Positions 25,742 through 36,604 of a DNA stretch of 64,000 bases are shown here, in pieces. The DNA is taken from contig JBAZYF010000003.1 in assembly GCA_041659505.1 (NCBI GenBank), forward strand, positions 86,026 through 150,025, written 5' to 3'. A program made the position numbers and the translations under genes. How positions within the stretch are numbered: position 1 is the stretch's first letter; every line of letters starts with the position of its first letter. The notes under the pieces were generated by a model, which saw only the letters and a list, made by a program, of their open reading frames with translations, had not been told where the DNA came from and ran no database searches. Source of the stretch: Parcubacteria group bacterium (lineage in GTDB: Bacteria > Patescibacteriota > Minisyncoccia > Moranbacterales > UBA2206).

Positions 25742-28381
25742 CTACTTCCCACAACACTTCTTATATTTCTTGCCACTCCCACAAGGACACGGGTCATTCC
25801 GCCCAATCTTGTCATCATTGATAATCGGTTTTTGCTTGGGTGCTTCGCGTGTTTCGCCGTCTTGGATTTCTCGGGCGGAAGCAAATGATTCTGACTCTTC
25901 GGCTCCGCTGAAGTTGAGATTTTTTTCTGGAATTGCCGATTGCGTTTGTTGCACTGGAGCTACGGAAACACGGAAAATTGTGTGAACGATGGTTTGTTTG
26001 ATATTTTCCATCAAATAGGAAAACATCGTAAACGCTTCTCTTTTATACTCCACCAATGGATCGCGCTGGCCATAACCGCGAAGACCAATACCTTCTCGCA
26101 GATAATCAATCTCATCAAGATGACTCATCCACATCACATCAATCGTCTGAAGTGCGATACTCTTTTCAACCATCCGCATATTCGCCTCTCCTACTTCTTG
26201 TTCTTTGTGATTATAGACCTCTTTCGCTACGCCCGACAGATATTCCGTCGCCTCACCAATCAGCTCGGCTGTATTCTTATTGTGATTTTCCACAATTTCT
26301 TTGAGCTTGACTTGCGCTACTGGCGGAAGCACAATCATCGCCTGGATATTTTCTGCAATTTTTTCCATTTCAAGATTTCCATCTTCTGTCGTGAGACTTG
26401 CCGAAACCGCCCGCTCAATTTCTTCCCGGATATTATCAATAATCTCCGGCTTGATATTATTTGCCTCAAGAACCGCGCGTCTTTTTTTATAAAGAATTTC
26501 ACGTTGCTTATTCATCACATCATCATAATCCAAGATGTGTTTTCTAATGTCAAAATTAAAGCCTTCAATTTTTGACTGAGCATTTTCAATCGTACGAGAA
26601 ATGATCGGATTTTGGATCGGCTGATCTTCCGGCAATCCAAGTTTTGTCATCAGGTTGATCAAATTATCGCCGCCGAAACGCCGCATCAACTCATCTTCCA
26701 GAGAAACAAAAAATTGAGACATTCCAGGATCACCTTGGCGTCCTGCGCGACCGCGAAGCTGATTGTCGATGCGTCGCGCTTCGTGCCGCTCTGTGCCTAA
26801 AATAAACAGTCCCCCGAGTTCACGCGCCCCTTCGCCCAGCTTGATATCCGTTCCGCGTCCAGCCATATTGGTCGCGATTGTCACTGATCCGACGTGCCCG
26901 GCTTTCGCCACAATCTGCGCTTCCCGTTCATGGTTTTTGGCATTCAACACTTCATGCTCGACGCCGGATTTCATAAGGAGCATGCTGAGATATTCCGATT
27001 TCTCAACCGCAATCGTTCCCACGAGAATCGGTTGACCAAGTTTATTCACCTCCCTAATTTTTTCTACGATGGCGTTAAACTTCCCTTTTTCTGATTTATA
27101 AACAACATCAGGAATATCCTTTCTGATAGCCGGTTTGTTGGTCGGGATTTCCGTCACGTCCATTTTATACACCTTAAAAAATTCTTCCGCTGAAGTGGAA
27201 GCTGTTCCGGTCATGCCGGAAATTTTTTGGTACATCCGAAAATAGTTTTGGAAAGTAATAGTCGCAAGAGTCTTTGATTCTTTCTGCACGCGCACGTGCT
27301 CTTTCGCTTCGATTGCCTGATGCAACCCTTCACTATAGCGTCGTCCCGGCATCAAGCGCCCCGTGAAGTCATCAACAATAATCACTTCACCGTCTTTCAC
27401 CACATAGTCGCGATCCAGTTGAAAAATCACTTGCGCTTTCAAAGCCTGCTCCAAATGATGCACATAAGTAATTTTTCCTGCTTCATAGATATTTCCCACA
27501 TTAAGCCATGACTCAATCTTAGCAATTCCACTTTCTGTAATGGTCACTGATTTGGTTTTTTCTTCCACGGCATAATCCTCTTCTCTTTTCAGTTTTGGCA
27601 CAAGCATCGCAAATTGCTCATAGAGTTTTGTCGATTCGCTGTCCGCGGCGGAAATGATCAGCGGAGTCCGCGCTTCATCGATGAGGATCGAATCCACTTC
27701 ATCCACAATCACATAATTCAAGTTGCGCTGAACCATATGCTCGAGCGTCGGCACCATATTGTCCCGCAAGTAATCAAAACCAAATTCGTTATTCGTACCA
27801 TAAGTAATGTCGGCCGCATAGGCTTCACGCCGGGAGATTGGCGCGAGATTTTCCATCTCAACACTAACCTCGTCATCATCTTCCACTTTCGGAGTATAGA
27901 TATATGAAGCGTCATGGATGATACAAGCCGTGGAAATTCCCAGAAAATGCAAAATGCCTCCCATCCAATTACAGTCGCGTTTGGCCAGATAATCATTCAC
28001 CGTCACGAGATGCACGCCTTTGCCGGTGAGCGCATTGAGGTACATCGGCAGAAGTGAAGTATGGGTCTTTCCCTCACCGGTTTTCATCTCGGCAATCTTG
28101 CCACTATGAAGCACAATACCGCCCATCATTTGAACATCGAACAGTCTTTTTCCATCCACCCGCTTCACCGTTTCCCGCATAACCGCAAAAACTTCCGGCA
28201 GAAGTTCGTCGAGTGTTTCTTTTTCAGTAATCCGCTTTTTAAACTCAACTGTTTTCGCCCGCAACTGATCATCAGACAATTTAAGCATCTGCTCCTCAAT
28301 CGCATTGATTTTTTCGATGATCGGTTTCAGCTTCCCAATTTCCCTCTCATTCGAACCGAATATTTTCTTTAGAATTGACAT
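25742..28381 (-). CDS. secA: preprotein translocase ATPase SecA
   Basis: Full-length SecA with DEAD-like motor motifs and C-terminal zinc-binding [14 protein letters not shown]. Confidence 0.95.
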   Translation of the reverse strand: MSILKKIFGSNEREIGKLKPIIEKINAIEEQMLKLSDDQLRAKTVEFKKRITEKETLDELLPEVFAVMRETVKRVDGKRLFDVQMMGGIVLHSGKIAEMKTGEGKTHTSLLPMYLNALTGKGVHLVTVNDYLAKRDCNWMGGILHFLGISTACIIHDASYIYTPKVEDDDEVSVEMENLAPISRREAYAADITYGTNNEFGFDYLRDNMVPTLEHMVQRNLNYVIVDEVDSILIDEARTPLIISAADSESTKLYEQFAMLVPKLKREEDYAVEEKTKSVTITESGIAKIESWLNVGNIYEAGKITYVHHLEQALKAQVIFQLDRDYVVKDGEVIIVDDFTGRLMPGRRYSEGLHQAIEAKEHVRVQKESKTLATITFQNYFRMYQKISGMTGTASTSAEEFFKVYKMDVTEIPTNKPAIRKDIPDVVYKSEKGKFNAIVEKIREVNKLGQPILVGTIAVEKSEYLSMLLMKSGVEHEVLNAKNHEREAQIVAKAGHVGSVTIATNMAGRGTDIKLGEGARELGGLFILGTERHEARRIDNQLRGRAGRQGDPGMSQFFVSLEDELMRRFGGDNLINLMTKLGLPEDQPIQNPIISRTIENAQSKIEGFNFDIRKHILDYDDVMNKQREILYKKRRAVLEANNIKPEIIDNIREEIERAVSASLTTEDGNLEMEKIAENIQAMIVLPPVAQVKLKEIVENHNKNTAELIGEATEYLSGVAKEVYNHKEQEVGEANMRMVEKSIALQTIDVMWMSHLDEIDYLREGIGLRGYGQRDPLVEYKREAFTMFSYLMENIKQTIVHTIFRVSVAPVQQTQSAIPEKNLNFSGAEESESFASAREIQDGETREAPKQKPIINDDKIGRNDPCPCGSGKKYKKCCGK

Positions 28382-28452
28382 AAATATTGACTACGAAAAT
28401 ACGAATTATTACAAAAATACAAATAGTTACAAAATCACAAAAAAGCTCTAAT

Positions 28453-28619
28453 GCGTGTCATTCCCGCGAAGGCGGGAATCCAGGTACCACTAGTTATAAA
28501 TTATAAACAATCAAATTATAAATATTCTTGCCTTATGTTTCAGTCAGCCTTGCATTCAATAGCTCGTTTATCTATATACCAAGCCTGAGGTACCTGGATC
28601 CCCGCCTTCTCGGGGATGA
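28453..28619. repeat. 167-bp intergenic element bounded by 34-bp imperfect inverted repeats
   Basis: gtgtcattcccgcgaaggcgggaatccaggtacc at 28453-28486. Reverse-complement-like ggtacctggatccccgccttctcggggatgacac at 28586-28619. Each arm also folds locally. Confidence 0.6.
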
Positions 28620-28648
28620 CACAAGAAGAGAACCGAAATATAATCAGT

Positions 28649-29860
28649 TTAACCAATCTTCATCTTCCTAAACTCCCTCTTTCCCGCTTTCAGAATTTTT
28701 CCATCAAAACTTTTGTCCACTTTTAACTGCCAATCACGGATTACTTCATTATCCGCTTTTATTCCACCTTGGTCAACCTTGCGCCTAGCATCCGCCTTAC
28801 TGGTCGCTAACTTATTTTTCACTAAAACGTCAATCAGTGACTCTCCTGCAGAAACCTTAATTTCCAAAATTTCTATCGGCAATTCTTTTTTAGAAAAAAC
28901 TTGCTCGAAATGTGCTTCGGCCTTTTTGGCCGATTCTTCTCCTTTAATTATTTTCACAATCTCATAGGCCATCTTTTTCTTGAAAATCATCGGATTCTCA
29001 CCTTTTTCCATCGCCAGTTTCATTTTCTCAATTTCTTTTATCGGCACAGCCGTCAAAAGCTCAAAGCCGGACAAAATATGCGCATCAGAATAGGACATCG
29101 CTTTGCCATACATATCTTCTGGGCTATCGGCCAGATTAATTCCATTGCCTTTGGTTTTGCTCATCGTCCTGCCATCTGGCGCGTCCATCATCTTGTTCGT
29201 GCGTACAAATTTTTCCTTGCCGAGATAACTCTTGATCAGATCGCGCCCGACAAGCATATTGAAAGTTTGGTCGGTTCCGCCGATTTCCATATCCACTTCC
29301 ATCGCTACGCCATCATAACCTTGCATCAATGGATAGATAAATTCATGCAAACGAATTGGATCACCCTCTTTGATCCGACGTTCAAACATATCACGTTCGA
29401 GCATCCTCTGCACTGTGATAGTCGACATCAATTTGATCAGATCGTTCAGTTTTAGTTTTGAAAGCCATTTATAATTCCGCTCAAAACGCACCGGATTTTC
29501 TCCGCCAAAATCAATCAATTGTGAAGCCTGTTTTTTCCAACCGGACATATTTTTTTCAATTTCCTCGTCTGTCAGCATTTTTCTGGTCGTATCTTTGTCT
29601 GGATCTCCGACTTTGGCCGTGTAATCTCCAATAAGAAAAACTACTTCGTGACCTAATTTTTGCAAGATGCCCAGAGCGCGAATGCCCATCGCATGCCCAA
29701 CATGCAGATATGGCCCGGTCGGATCAAAACCCTGATAAATTTTCAATCTTTCACCTGACATCAGTTTTTTGCGAAAAGCTTCCTTGGAAGGATAAATCGC
29801 CTCCACTCCCCGCTCTAAAAATTCATCAATCAGTTTTTTGTCCTTTAATACTTTTGGCAT
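28649..29860 (-). CDS. tyrS: tyrosyl-tRNA synthetase
   Basis: HIGH motif (LHVGHAMG). KMSKS-like TMSKTKG. C-terminal S4 domain. Confidence 0.9.
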   Translation of the reverse strand: MPKVLKDKKLIDEFLERGVEAIYPSKEAFRKKLMSGERLKIYQGFDPTGPYLHVGHAMGIRALGILQKLGHEVVFLIGDYTAKVGDPDKDTTRKMLTDEEIEKNMSGWKKQASQLIDFGGENPVRFERNYKWLSKLKLNDLIKLMSTITVQRMLERDMFERRIKEGDPIRLHEFIYPLMQGYDGVAMEVDMEIGGTDQTFNMLVGRDLIKSYLGKEKFVRTNKMMDAPDGRTMSKTKGNGINLADSPEDMYGKAMSYSDAHILSGFELLTAVPIKEIEKMKLAMEKGENPMIFKKKMAYEIVKIIKGEESAKKAEAHFEQVFSKKELPIEILEIKVSAGESLIDVLVKNKLATSKADARRKVDQGGIKADNEVIRDWQLKVDKSFDGKILKAGKREFRKMKIG

Positions 29861-29980
29861 AAATTTTCTCCACTATAAATTAGCTTACCACCTAAATTTA
29901 GCACTAAAACGCATTGATTGCAAACAAAAAGGCTCCGTCTACGTAATTACTACGCAAACGGAGCCCATCGACCTTCGAGA

Positions 29981-30739
29981 TTATTCAGAAGGCCAAATGA
30001 TATCAATATTCAAGTCTCCGCCTTCGAAGAAACTCGGGGTAATTGAAATAACCCCATTTACCGCGTCATCCCAATTCAATGCGATTTCTGTATATTTCTT
30101 GCCTAAACTCAGCCCTAGCGACACGCCAGTGCCACTATGGGGAATGAATACTTCAGCCTTCAATTCACCGTTTGTATCTGCCCAGAAGTAAAGCTGACGG
30201 TTTATCTCCTCTCCATCAAAGATGAAACTGACCCTAGCGGAAATCTCCGCCTCATTCAGGCCGGAGCCTAAATTGATAATATAGTGTCCGCCGACGGGTA
30301 GCATCTCTACGGAAATACCCACTGACCTTCCGCCAATAACGGACACCGTTACGGGTGGGGAATAAAAAATGACGTCCCATTCACTCTCCCCAAAAGCAAA
30401 AAGGGCTACCTTATAACTCCCGGCAGGGATACCGCTGAGCGTGGTATCATATTCTCGATTAACAACCGGGATGGTGAAAGATGCTTTAGCCAAATAATCC
30501 CAATCGGGATCTTGGCCAGTTTGCATCATCCAACTCAAATCCTGCGGCTCGAAATCAGCCGCCATGAGGAGAACTTTAATCCCCTTTACGGAGTCCTTCA
30601 TGGTCTCAAGTCTTGAGTCCGAAGAAGCAATTCCCGAGCCTGAGAGAACAACTAATGTCAAAAAAAACGCAACCATCGCTATGATAACTACTGATCTTTT
30701 TTTCATTTTTTCTCCTTCCCTGATAGACCTTTTTAACAA
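29981..30739 (-). CDS. secreted hypothetical protein (signal peptide)
   Basis: N-terminal MKKRSVVIIAMVAFFLTLVVLSG. Confidence 0.4.
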   Translation of the reverse strand: MLKRSIREGEKMKKRSVVIIAMVAFFLTLVVLSGSGIASSDSRLETMKDSVKGIKVLLMAADFEPQDLSWMMQTGQDPDWDYLAKASFTIPVVNREYDTTLSGIPAGSYKVALFAFGESEWDVIFYSPPVTVSVIGGRSVGISVEMLPVGGHYIINLGSGLNEAEISARVSFIFDGEEINRQLYFWADTNGELKAEVFIPHSGTGVSLGLSLGKKYTEIALNWDDAVNGVISITPSFFEGGDLNIDIIWPSE

Positions 30740-30800
30740 TCGTTAATAGCCGCATCTCCAACACCACGCCGGAGAGTATCTTTGTTATTTCTTAAAAAAA

Positions 30801-31052
30801 TCAAAGCTTACCTCGAATCCGGATTGATCCAGTGGGTGCGATTTCCTGAACTTGTTGCGACTGGATTGGTATTTGTTTTTTTGAAGCGATTACTACTGGT
30901 CCAGTCTTAATAACGGGCTTCATGGCCACCACCGGTGTTTTTTTTGACTCCGCTGGCGACGATTTAATGTTGAAATATTTGCCAGCTAACAATCCGCTAG
31001 CAAAAATCAACGCCACAACAAAGAATATCAACGCTTTTTTCATTATAATCAC
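30801..31052 (-). CDS. small secreted/membrane-anchored protein
   Basis: Signal-peptide-like N-terminus. Confidence 0.3.
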   Translation of the reverse strand: MIIMKKALIFFVVALIFASGLLAGKYFNIKSSPAESKKTPVVAMKPVIKTGPVVIASKKQIPIQSQQVQEIAPTGSIRIRGKL

Positions 31053-31212
31053 CTCCCTATAAATAGATTTTTAAGCTTCAATAAAATCAACCGTAACTGA
31101 CAATAATAGCATAATTATTTATATTTGTCAAATGCACCTAAATTAACTCTAAAAACATGAAAAAGACAGGGCTAGGCGTCTTTGACGCTCTAGCCCTTTT
31201 TCCAATGTTGGA

Positions 31213-31440
31213 TCAGTAAACATAAACTTCAATATCCGCTTCATCCAGCAAAACTGCCTTAAGCATGCCGGACAACTGTTCCTCCAATCGCTCATGAGAC
31301 AGATATTTGTCCTCTATCGACTTCCGGATGACCATCTCCTCGACATCCTGCTGTTCAAAAAACTTTCTGATCAATGTCTCATTTCCGTTCGCCTTATAGA
31401 CGCGAACCTGCCCGATTTCTCTCGTTACGTGAATAATCAT
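31213..31440 (-). CDS. hypothetical small protein
   Basis: ORF only. Confidence 0.3.
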   Translation of the reverse strand: MIIHVTREIGQVRVYKANGNETLIRKFFEQQDVEEMVIRKSIEDKYLSHERLEEQLSGMLKAVLLDEADIEVYVY

Positions 31441-31758
31441 TGAATTCCCTCCTGTTGTTTGTGATCCATCTTAGAGAAATTAAAGAACAAAAAACCCGCT
31501 GTTGGCGGGTTTTGGTTTATTTCGAAAGGATAACTTCATCGAACCATTTTCCTCTTCGCTTCAAGCCAAAATTCGCCAACATAAAGTCGGGACCCGGATC
31601 CGGAACATGTTGACCAAATATTGGTTTTGACTTGGCGATTTAGGCTCATAAAACTATCAAAATTATTTATAATAAAATATTACCACGCGACAATATTTTG
31701 TCAATAAAATATCTTACACCATTACTGAATCCTGTTCACTGATCAGTGTTCTCTGTTA

Positions 31759-31855
31759 TTCATTCCACCACCGCCTTAATCCTCCTCACACCCGCCGAAG
31801 AGCTTTCTTCTTTTTGGATGCGGAATTTGCCTTTGATTTCGGCGGTATTTTTGAT
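31759..31855. repeat. 97-bp direct repeat, copy 1: duplicate of the alaS 3' end
   Basis: Identical to 33315-33411, which is the alaS stop codon plus its last ~31 codons. Confidence 0.85.
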
Positions 31856-31884
31856 TGTTGGCCATTTCAATCAAACTTTTCTTG

Positions 31885-33285
31885 CTAATAATTAAAACTG
31901 ATACTTGAGATGATCTCTTCAAATTCTTTTTGCAACTCTGAGTATTTTGCAAAATACTGCGGTTGGCCTAGGCTGATTCTTATTTTTCTTCCATTTACTT
32001 GGGTGTAATAAGCCACTTTCTCAAGTCCTGATTCTTTAAAGTTTTTTATTAAGTAATTATAATTTCCCAATATTTCATTTTTTTCATCGATAACCTGATT
32101 TTGCAAATCCATTCCGTTGTACATCACATCAAAAGAAGGATCTGAAGAATTAGGCACATACATGAACATGAAAGGCTCTGTAAAATTTAATCCATTTATT
32201 TTTTCAAAATCGGAATGCTTTGTTATGACATAAAATTTAGCATATTTTCCTAACTTAATATCTTCAAATGTTAAACCAGTTTCAGTTGGATCTTCAACTT
32301 TGTATTTGTCATTATCTATTTTGAAAGAAATAAATTTATCCGAATAAACGCCTTGATTATCTACGGTCTTCCTCTCTGAAATCTCCACTTTTCCATTTTC
32401 AGAAATTTCATAACTCAAGCCTTCCATTTTTTTTGAATCTTTCAGAATAAACTCTAAACAATTTTTAATACTACTAGATTCAAAGCCCTCCGCTTCACAT
32501 ATAGCATCTCTAGTTTTTTCCCAATCCGAAAAATTCATATAATTAAATATTGATGTCGGCCAAGCGCTAGAAACCCTAGGATTAAATTCTAACGTACATG
32601 CAGTTTCCACCTCTTTTCCAGGCAATGTTTTTATCAAGATACTGCTGCCCCAAGAACCACTTTCTGCTATTTCGTTATCGCTATACAAATATTTAATATT
32701 ATTCAAGAAATACAACATTATGAGTTGTTTTTTTGGATTTCTTAGATCGCTTTTTAAACTAAGGCCAATCATCGCCTCACGATCAGTCCAATTTTGATTT
32801 TTTTCTTTTTCTGCCACGCATTTATTTATCTGGTGATTAGTTAACACAAATGAAACGGATAGTAATATAATAAAAATACAAACATTCGAAATTAAAATTA
32901 CTCTTTTTGCGATATACTTATCTACTAAATAAATAACCAGTCTAGAAAAAACATAAAGCAACCCCAAAGATACTAAAATTGCTATTCCTATAGTTATTAG
33001 ATTAGGAAAAGATATCATTGTACCTTGCCAGAAGTATAAATCTTCGTTCACATTTTCAGAAAAAATAAAAAATGGAAAGTAGACAATTTTAATAAAGGAA
33101 GTTAAAACTGGATGCCAAAAAACATAAAGGCTAAGATCTGTTAAATAAAAAATTGCTAAAATAACTGCGATAATTGGCCATGCTAATGCAGACCACCTGA
33201 AAATTTTTCTTTTGGGGTCTAATGCGGCATCATCTCCCTGAATATTATTTAAGTTTTCGCCTGCTAAATTTGGGTCTTGTTCCAT
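31885..33285 (-). CDS. polytopic membrane protein, hypothetical (AT-rich insert cargo)
   Basis: Multiple TM helices. Sits between the two 97-bp direct repeats. Confidence 0.4.
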   Translation of the reverse strand: MEQDPNLAGENLNNIQGDDAALDPKRKIFRWSALAWPIIAVILAIFYLTDLSLYVFWHPVLTSFIKIVYFPFFIFSENVNEDLYFWQGTMISFPNLITIGIAILVSLGLLYVFSRLVIYLVDKYIAKRVILISNVCIFIILLSVSFVLTNHQINKCVAEKEKNQNWTDREAMIGLSLKSDLRNPKKQLIMLYFLNNIKYLYSDNEIAESGSWGSSILIKTLPGKEVETACTLEFNPRVSSAWPTSIFNYMNFSDWEKTRDAICEAEGFESSSIKNCLEFILKDSKKMEGLSYEISENGKVEISERKTVDNQGVYSDKFISFKIDNDKYKVEDPTETGLTFEDIKLGKYAKFYVITKHSDFEKINGLNFTEPFMFMYVPNSSDPSFDVMYNGMDLQNQVIDEKNEILGNYNYLIKNFKESGLEKVAYYTQVNGRKIRISLGQPQYFAKYSELQKEFEEIISSISFNY

Positions 33286-33314
33286 TTTTTTTATTTTAAT
33301 TTATTATTCACTTT

Positions 33315-33411
33315 TTCATTCCACCACCGCCTTAATCCTCCTCACACCCGCCGAAGAGCTTTCTTCTTTTTGGATGCGGAATTTGCCTTTGATTTCGGCG
33401 GTATTTTTGAT
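33315..33411. repeat. 97-bp direct repeat, copy 2 (authentic 3' end of alaS)
   Basis: See copy 1. Confidence 0.85.
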
Positions 33412-35256
33412 GTGCGGTCCGCCGCAAATTTCCTTGGAATAATTGCCGATGGAATAAACTTTCACTCGGTCGCCATATTTATGCCCAAATTCACCTTCTG
33501 CTCCAACATTTTTCGCTTCTTCCGGTGTCATTTCCTCCAGCGTCACTTCTGTTTTTGATTCGATCGCCTCGTTGACAAAATCCTCCACCGCCTTTTTCTG
33601 TTCATCAGTCATTTTGTCTGGATGGGAAAAATCAAAACGAATGCGCTCGCCATTAATGTTTGAGCCTTTTTGATGGACGTTTTCTCCCAAAACCTTGCGT
33701 AATCCTGCCAGCATCAAATGAGCAACAGTGTGCAGTTCGGTGGTTTTTTCTTTTGTATCAGAAAGTCCACCTTTAAACATTCCAGCTGAAGCAGTGCGGG
33801 ACAAATCTTGGTGTTTTTTTAATCTGTCATCAAATTTATCCTTTAGCTTAACTTCATCAATATTTATACTTTTATTTTTCAACTCTTCAAACACTAATTC
33901 TAAGGGAAAGCCATATGTTTGATATAAATCAAAAATTGTATCCACGATATCATCATTAGGATATATGGGAGCTATCCGATCTCCTTTTATCCAAAAATTT
34001 CCCTCTTTGTTTTCTAATAACTTGCCAAATCTAGCTATACCACTTTCCAATGTCCTCCTAAATTTCTCTTCCTCTTTTTTTAACTCACTCAAGACTCTCT
34101 CTTGCATAACTTCTGGATAAAACTGCCCATACATTTCTTGTACTACCTTGGCAATTTTAGCGGTAAAGTTACTTTTTATGCCCAGAAGATGCGCCTGACG
34201 AATGGCACGACGGATGAGGCGACGCAATACATAGCCCCGCTCAGTATTGGACGGTTCGACTCCATCGGCAATAATGAATACGCTTGCCTTGATGTGATCA
34301 GCGATAATTCTGGCAGAGCGTTTTTTTTCTTCACTAAGGCTCGCGTACCATTGCTGACGTGGCCTGATTTCTTCAGAAAAAGGAATATTAGGTTCCATTT
34401 TCTGTGGCATAAGAAGTGCAATCTCGTGGAATATTTTTTCAAATAAATCCGTATCAAAAACATTGTCCTTACCCGAAAGAACGGTAATCGTTCTTTCTAG
34501 TCCCATCCCAGTATCCACATTTTGCTGAGCCATTTTCTCGAAACTCCCATCTTCTTTTTTATTAAACTCCATAAACACGTCATTCCAAATTTCCATCAAA
34601 CGGAAACTTTTCACCATTTCATCATGCGTTCCCACAAGTTTTCCCTCAGCCGGTCTCACGTCATAGAACATTTCACTGCACGGTCCGCATGGTCCGGTTT
34701 TTCCGGCTGGTCCCCAGAAATTATCCTCACTACCCAAAAGAAAGATACGACTGTCCTCTTTGGCTTTTTGATCCAATTCGCAAACACCATTACTCAGTCC
34801 CGCTTTTTCAAATTGCTTTTTCCAAATCTCGATCGACTCATCGTCCCGATCTGCTCCCAATTTTTCATCCCCAGCGAAAACTGTCACGCAAATCCTTTTT
34901 GGATCAAGTCCCAGCCACTTTTTGTCAGTTAAAAATTCAAAGCTCCACTCAATCGCCTCTTTTTTAAAATAATCACCCAAAGACCAGTTACCCAACATTT
35001 CAAAAAAAGTCAGATGTCGGTTGTCACCCACATCATCAATGTCCCCTGTGCGGATACATTTTTGCGCATCAACCAATCTTTTACCCAGCGGATGTCTCTC
35101 TCCCATCAGATACGGCACAAGCGGATGCATACCAGCAGTTGTGAAAAGCACGGTTGGATCATTTTCCGGCACCAAGGGCGCTGAAGGAATAATGGCGTGA
35201 CCCTTACTTTTGAAAAAGTCCAGATATTTTTGGCGCAAATCTTTGGCTGTAAGCAT
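33316..35256 (-). CDS. alaS: alanyl-tRNA synthetase, short form (catalytic + tRNA-recognition + editing, no C-Ala domain)
   Basis: N-terminal class II AlaRS motifs (FTTAGMHP, GNWSLGDYFK). Editing-domain HxxxH (HTVAHLMLAGL) and CGGPH. Confidence 0.85.
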   Translation of the reverse strand: MLTAKDLRQKYLDFFKSKGHAIIPSAPLVPENDPTVLFTTAGMHPLVPYLMGERHPLGKRLVDAQKCIRTGDIDDVGDNRHLTFFEMLGNWSLGDYFKKEAIEWSFEFLTDKKWLGLDPKRICVTVFAGDEKLGADRDDESIEIWKKQFEKAGLSNGVCELDQKAKEDSRIFLLGSEDNFWGPAGKTGPCGPCSEMFYDVRPAEGKLVGTHDEMVKSFRLMEIWNDVFMEFNKKEDGSFEKMAQQNVDTGMGLERTITVLSGKDNVFDTDLFEKIFHEIALLMPQKMEPNIPFSEEIRPRQQWYASLSEEKKRSARIIADHIKASVFIIADGVEPSNTERGYVLRRLIRRAIRQAHLLGIKSNFTAKIAKVVQEMYGQFYPEVMQERVLSELKKEEEKFRRTLESGIARFGKLLENKEGNFWIKGDRIAPIYPNDDIVDTIFDLYQTYGFPLELVFEELKNKSINIDEVKLKDKFDDRLKKHQDLSRTASAGMFKGGLSDTKEKTTELHTVAHLMLAGLRKVLGENVHQKGSNINGERIRFDFSHPDKMTDEQKKAVEDFVNEAIESKTEVTLEEMTPEEAKNVGAEGEFGHKYGDRVKVYSIGNYSKEICGGPHIKNTAEIKGKFRIQKEESSSAGVRRIKAVVE

Positions 35257-35295
35257 AGTTTTAGACGTTAAAAACTTAAATTCAGTCTACGTTGA

Positions 35296-35324
35296 ATTGT
35301 ATAATGCTTAAGCTTCGCAGTCAA
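35296..35324 (-). promoter_or_regulatory. sigma70-like promoter upstream of alaS
   Basis: Minus strand: TTGACT, 17-bp spacer, TACAAT. About 40 nt upstream of the alaS ATG. Confidence 0.4.
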
Positions 35325-35337
35325 ACTGAAGCTTGAC

Positions 35338-36591
35338 TTATTTTTTCAAGAATTTATAGACTAAAAAGATTAAAAGCAAGGAAGTTACCGTCATAATTCC
35401 GGAAAGTAGATAGGGAATTCTTTCTGTCAGGGGCTTTAGCGGTTCTTGCTCCGGGACAAAACCCGGACTGTCTTTTTGCCCGCCCAGACTTGCTTGTGCC
35501 GCCTTGTCCGGCTCCAAATATTGGAAATATTTCTCCAAATCATATTGCGGATGATTGGCCTTTGCATTTCCATAAAATAGGCGATATTTTTCAGTTGCCT
35601 TAGTCTCGAAAATAACTTCCCGATAGATGGAAAAAGTACGCAGAGCAGAGATTGACAGAGGCACGTCATCTTTGTTAATTACCTCAATCCTTATAAGACG
35701 CTTATTGGTTTCCGGAAAATTTACAGTCAGATTTTCTCCATTGAATTTCGGAGTGCTATAACGAAAGACATAGCCTTGACCAAGATAGTTCCAATCCCTC
35801 GCATTTTCATCATTACTTGCATAGACCAAGATCGCCCGATTGAAATTCATATTGTTCGTATCAAGACTCAATCGGTCAGTCGGGATTCCGCTTGCCCCCA
35901 AATCCGCCACCAACTCTGTCAATTTCTCATCCGACTTTTCAAGAGATTTGAATTGTGGACGACGCTCATTTCCTCGAGTTTTTTCCTGGACAATATTACT
36001 CGTGTCCACCGAATTGATCTTCACTGGAGACCCATTTTCATCTGTGATTTCAATCTTGATGTAGCGATAAGCACTGTTGGGAAAATAAATTTCCGTATTT
36101 TGAGACTTGAAATTGGCTTTTTTGTCGGTAAAATCATAGATATAGCCATTATCTATGAGCGTATTCCACGCTTGCATATCATTACCGCCATAAACTTTGA
36201 CATTTCTCTGGAAATTTTCTGAAACAGTGTTGATCCTTAGGTTATTGACCAAGTTACCGGAAGTTCCCAGATCCAAAACCACTTGAGAATTTTCTCCTGG
36301 CACAAATGAATTATTGATCATAGTGACCGAAGTTCGGTCAACCTTCGACCTTTCCTTTGCGGAAACGAGTTGGAACGGCACTTCCTGATTATTTCCATCG
36401 ATGATCCGCAAATCAGACAGATCTTTCGTGGCACCAGAAAAAACTTCATCATCCAAAGTTATCTTGGCCATATCCCCACCCGAAGAAGATATATCCTTAT
36501 AGTACTTCCAGCGGGTCAGATCAAAATCCGCCAAGCAACCAGTCGAGATAATTGAAAAAAATAATGCACAAATGAGAATTGATTTTTTCAT
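35338..36591 (-). CDS. secreted protein with a C-terminal TM anchor (possibly DUF3999-like partner of DUF2339)
   Basis: Signal peptide MKKSILICALFFSIIS. C-terminal TM LLSGIMTVTSLLLIFLV. Adjacent to the DUF2339-like gene. Confidence 0.35.
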   Translation of the reverse strand: MKKSILICALFFSIISTGCLADFDLTRWKYYKDISSSGGDMAKITLDDEVFSGATKDLSDLRIIDGNNQEVPFQLVSAKERSKVDRTSVTMINNSFVPGENSQVVLDLGTSGNLVNNLRINTVSENFQRNVKVYGGNDMQAWNTLIDNGYIYDFTDKKANFKSQNTEIYFPNSAYRYIKIEITDENGSPVKINSVDTSNIVQEKTRGNERRPQFKSLEKSDEKLTELVADLGASGIPTDRLSLDTNNMNFNRAILVYASNDENARDWNYLGQGYVFRYSTPKFNGENLTVNFPETNKRLIRIEVINKDDVPLSISALRTFSIYREVIFETKATEKYRLFYGNAKANHPQYDLEKYFQYLEPDKAAQASLGGQKDSPGFVPEQEPLKPLTERIPYLLSGIMTVTSLLLIFLVYKFLKK

Positions 36592-36604
36592 TTTTTTATT
36601 TTAT

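Noticed and set aside
33277-33558. 93-aa plus-strand ORF
   Set aside because: Antisense to the alaS 3' end and the 97-bp repeat; artefact.
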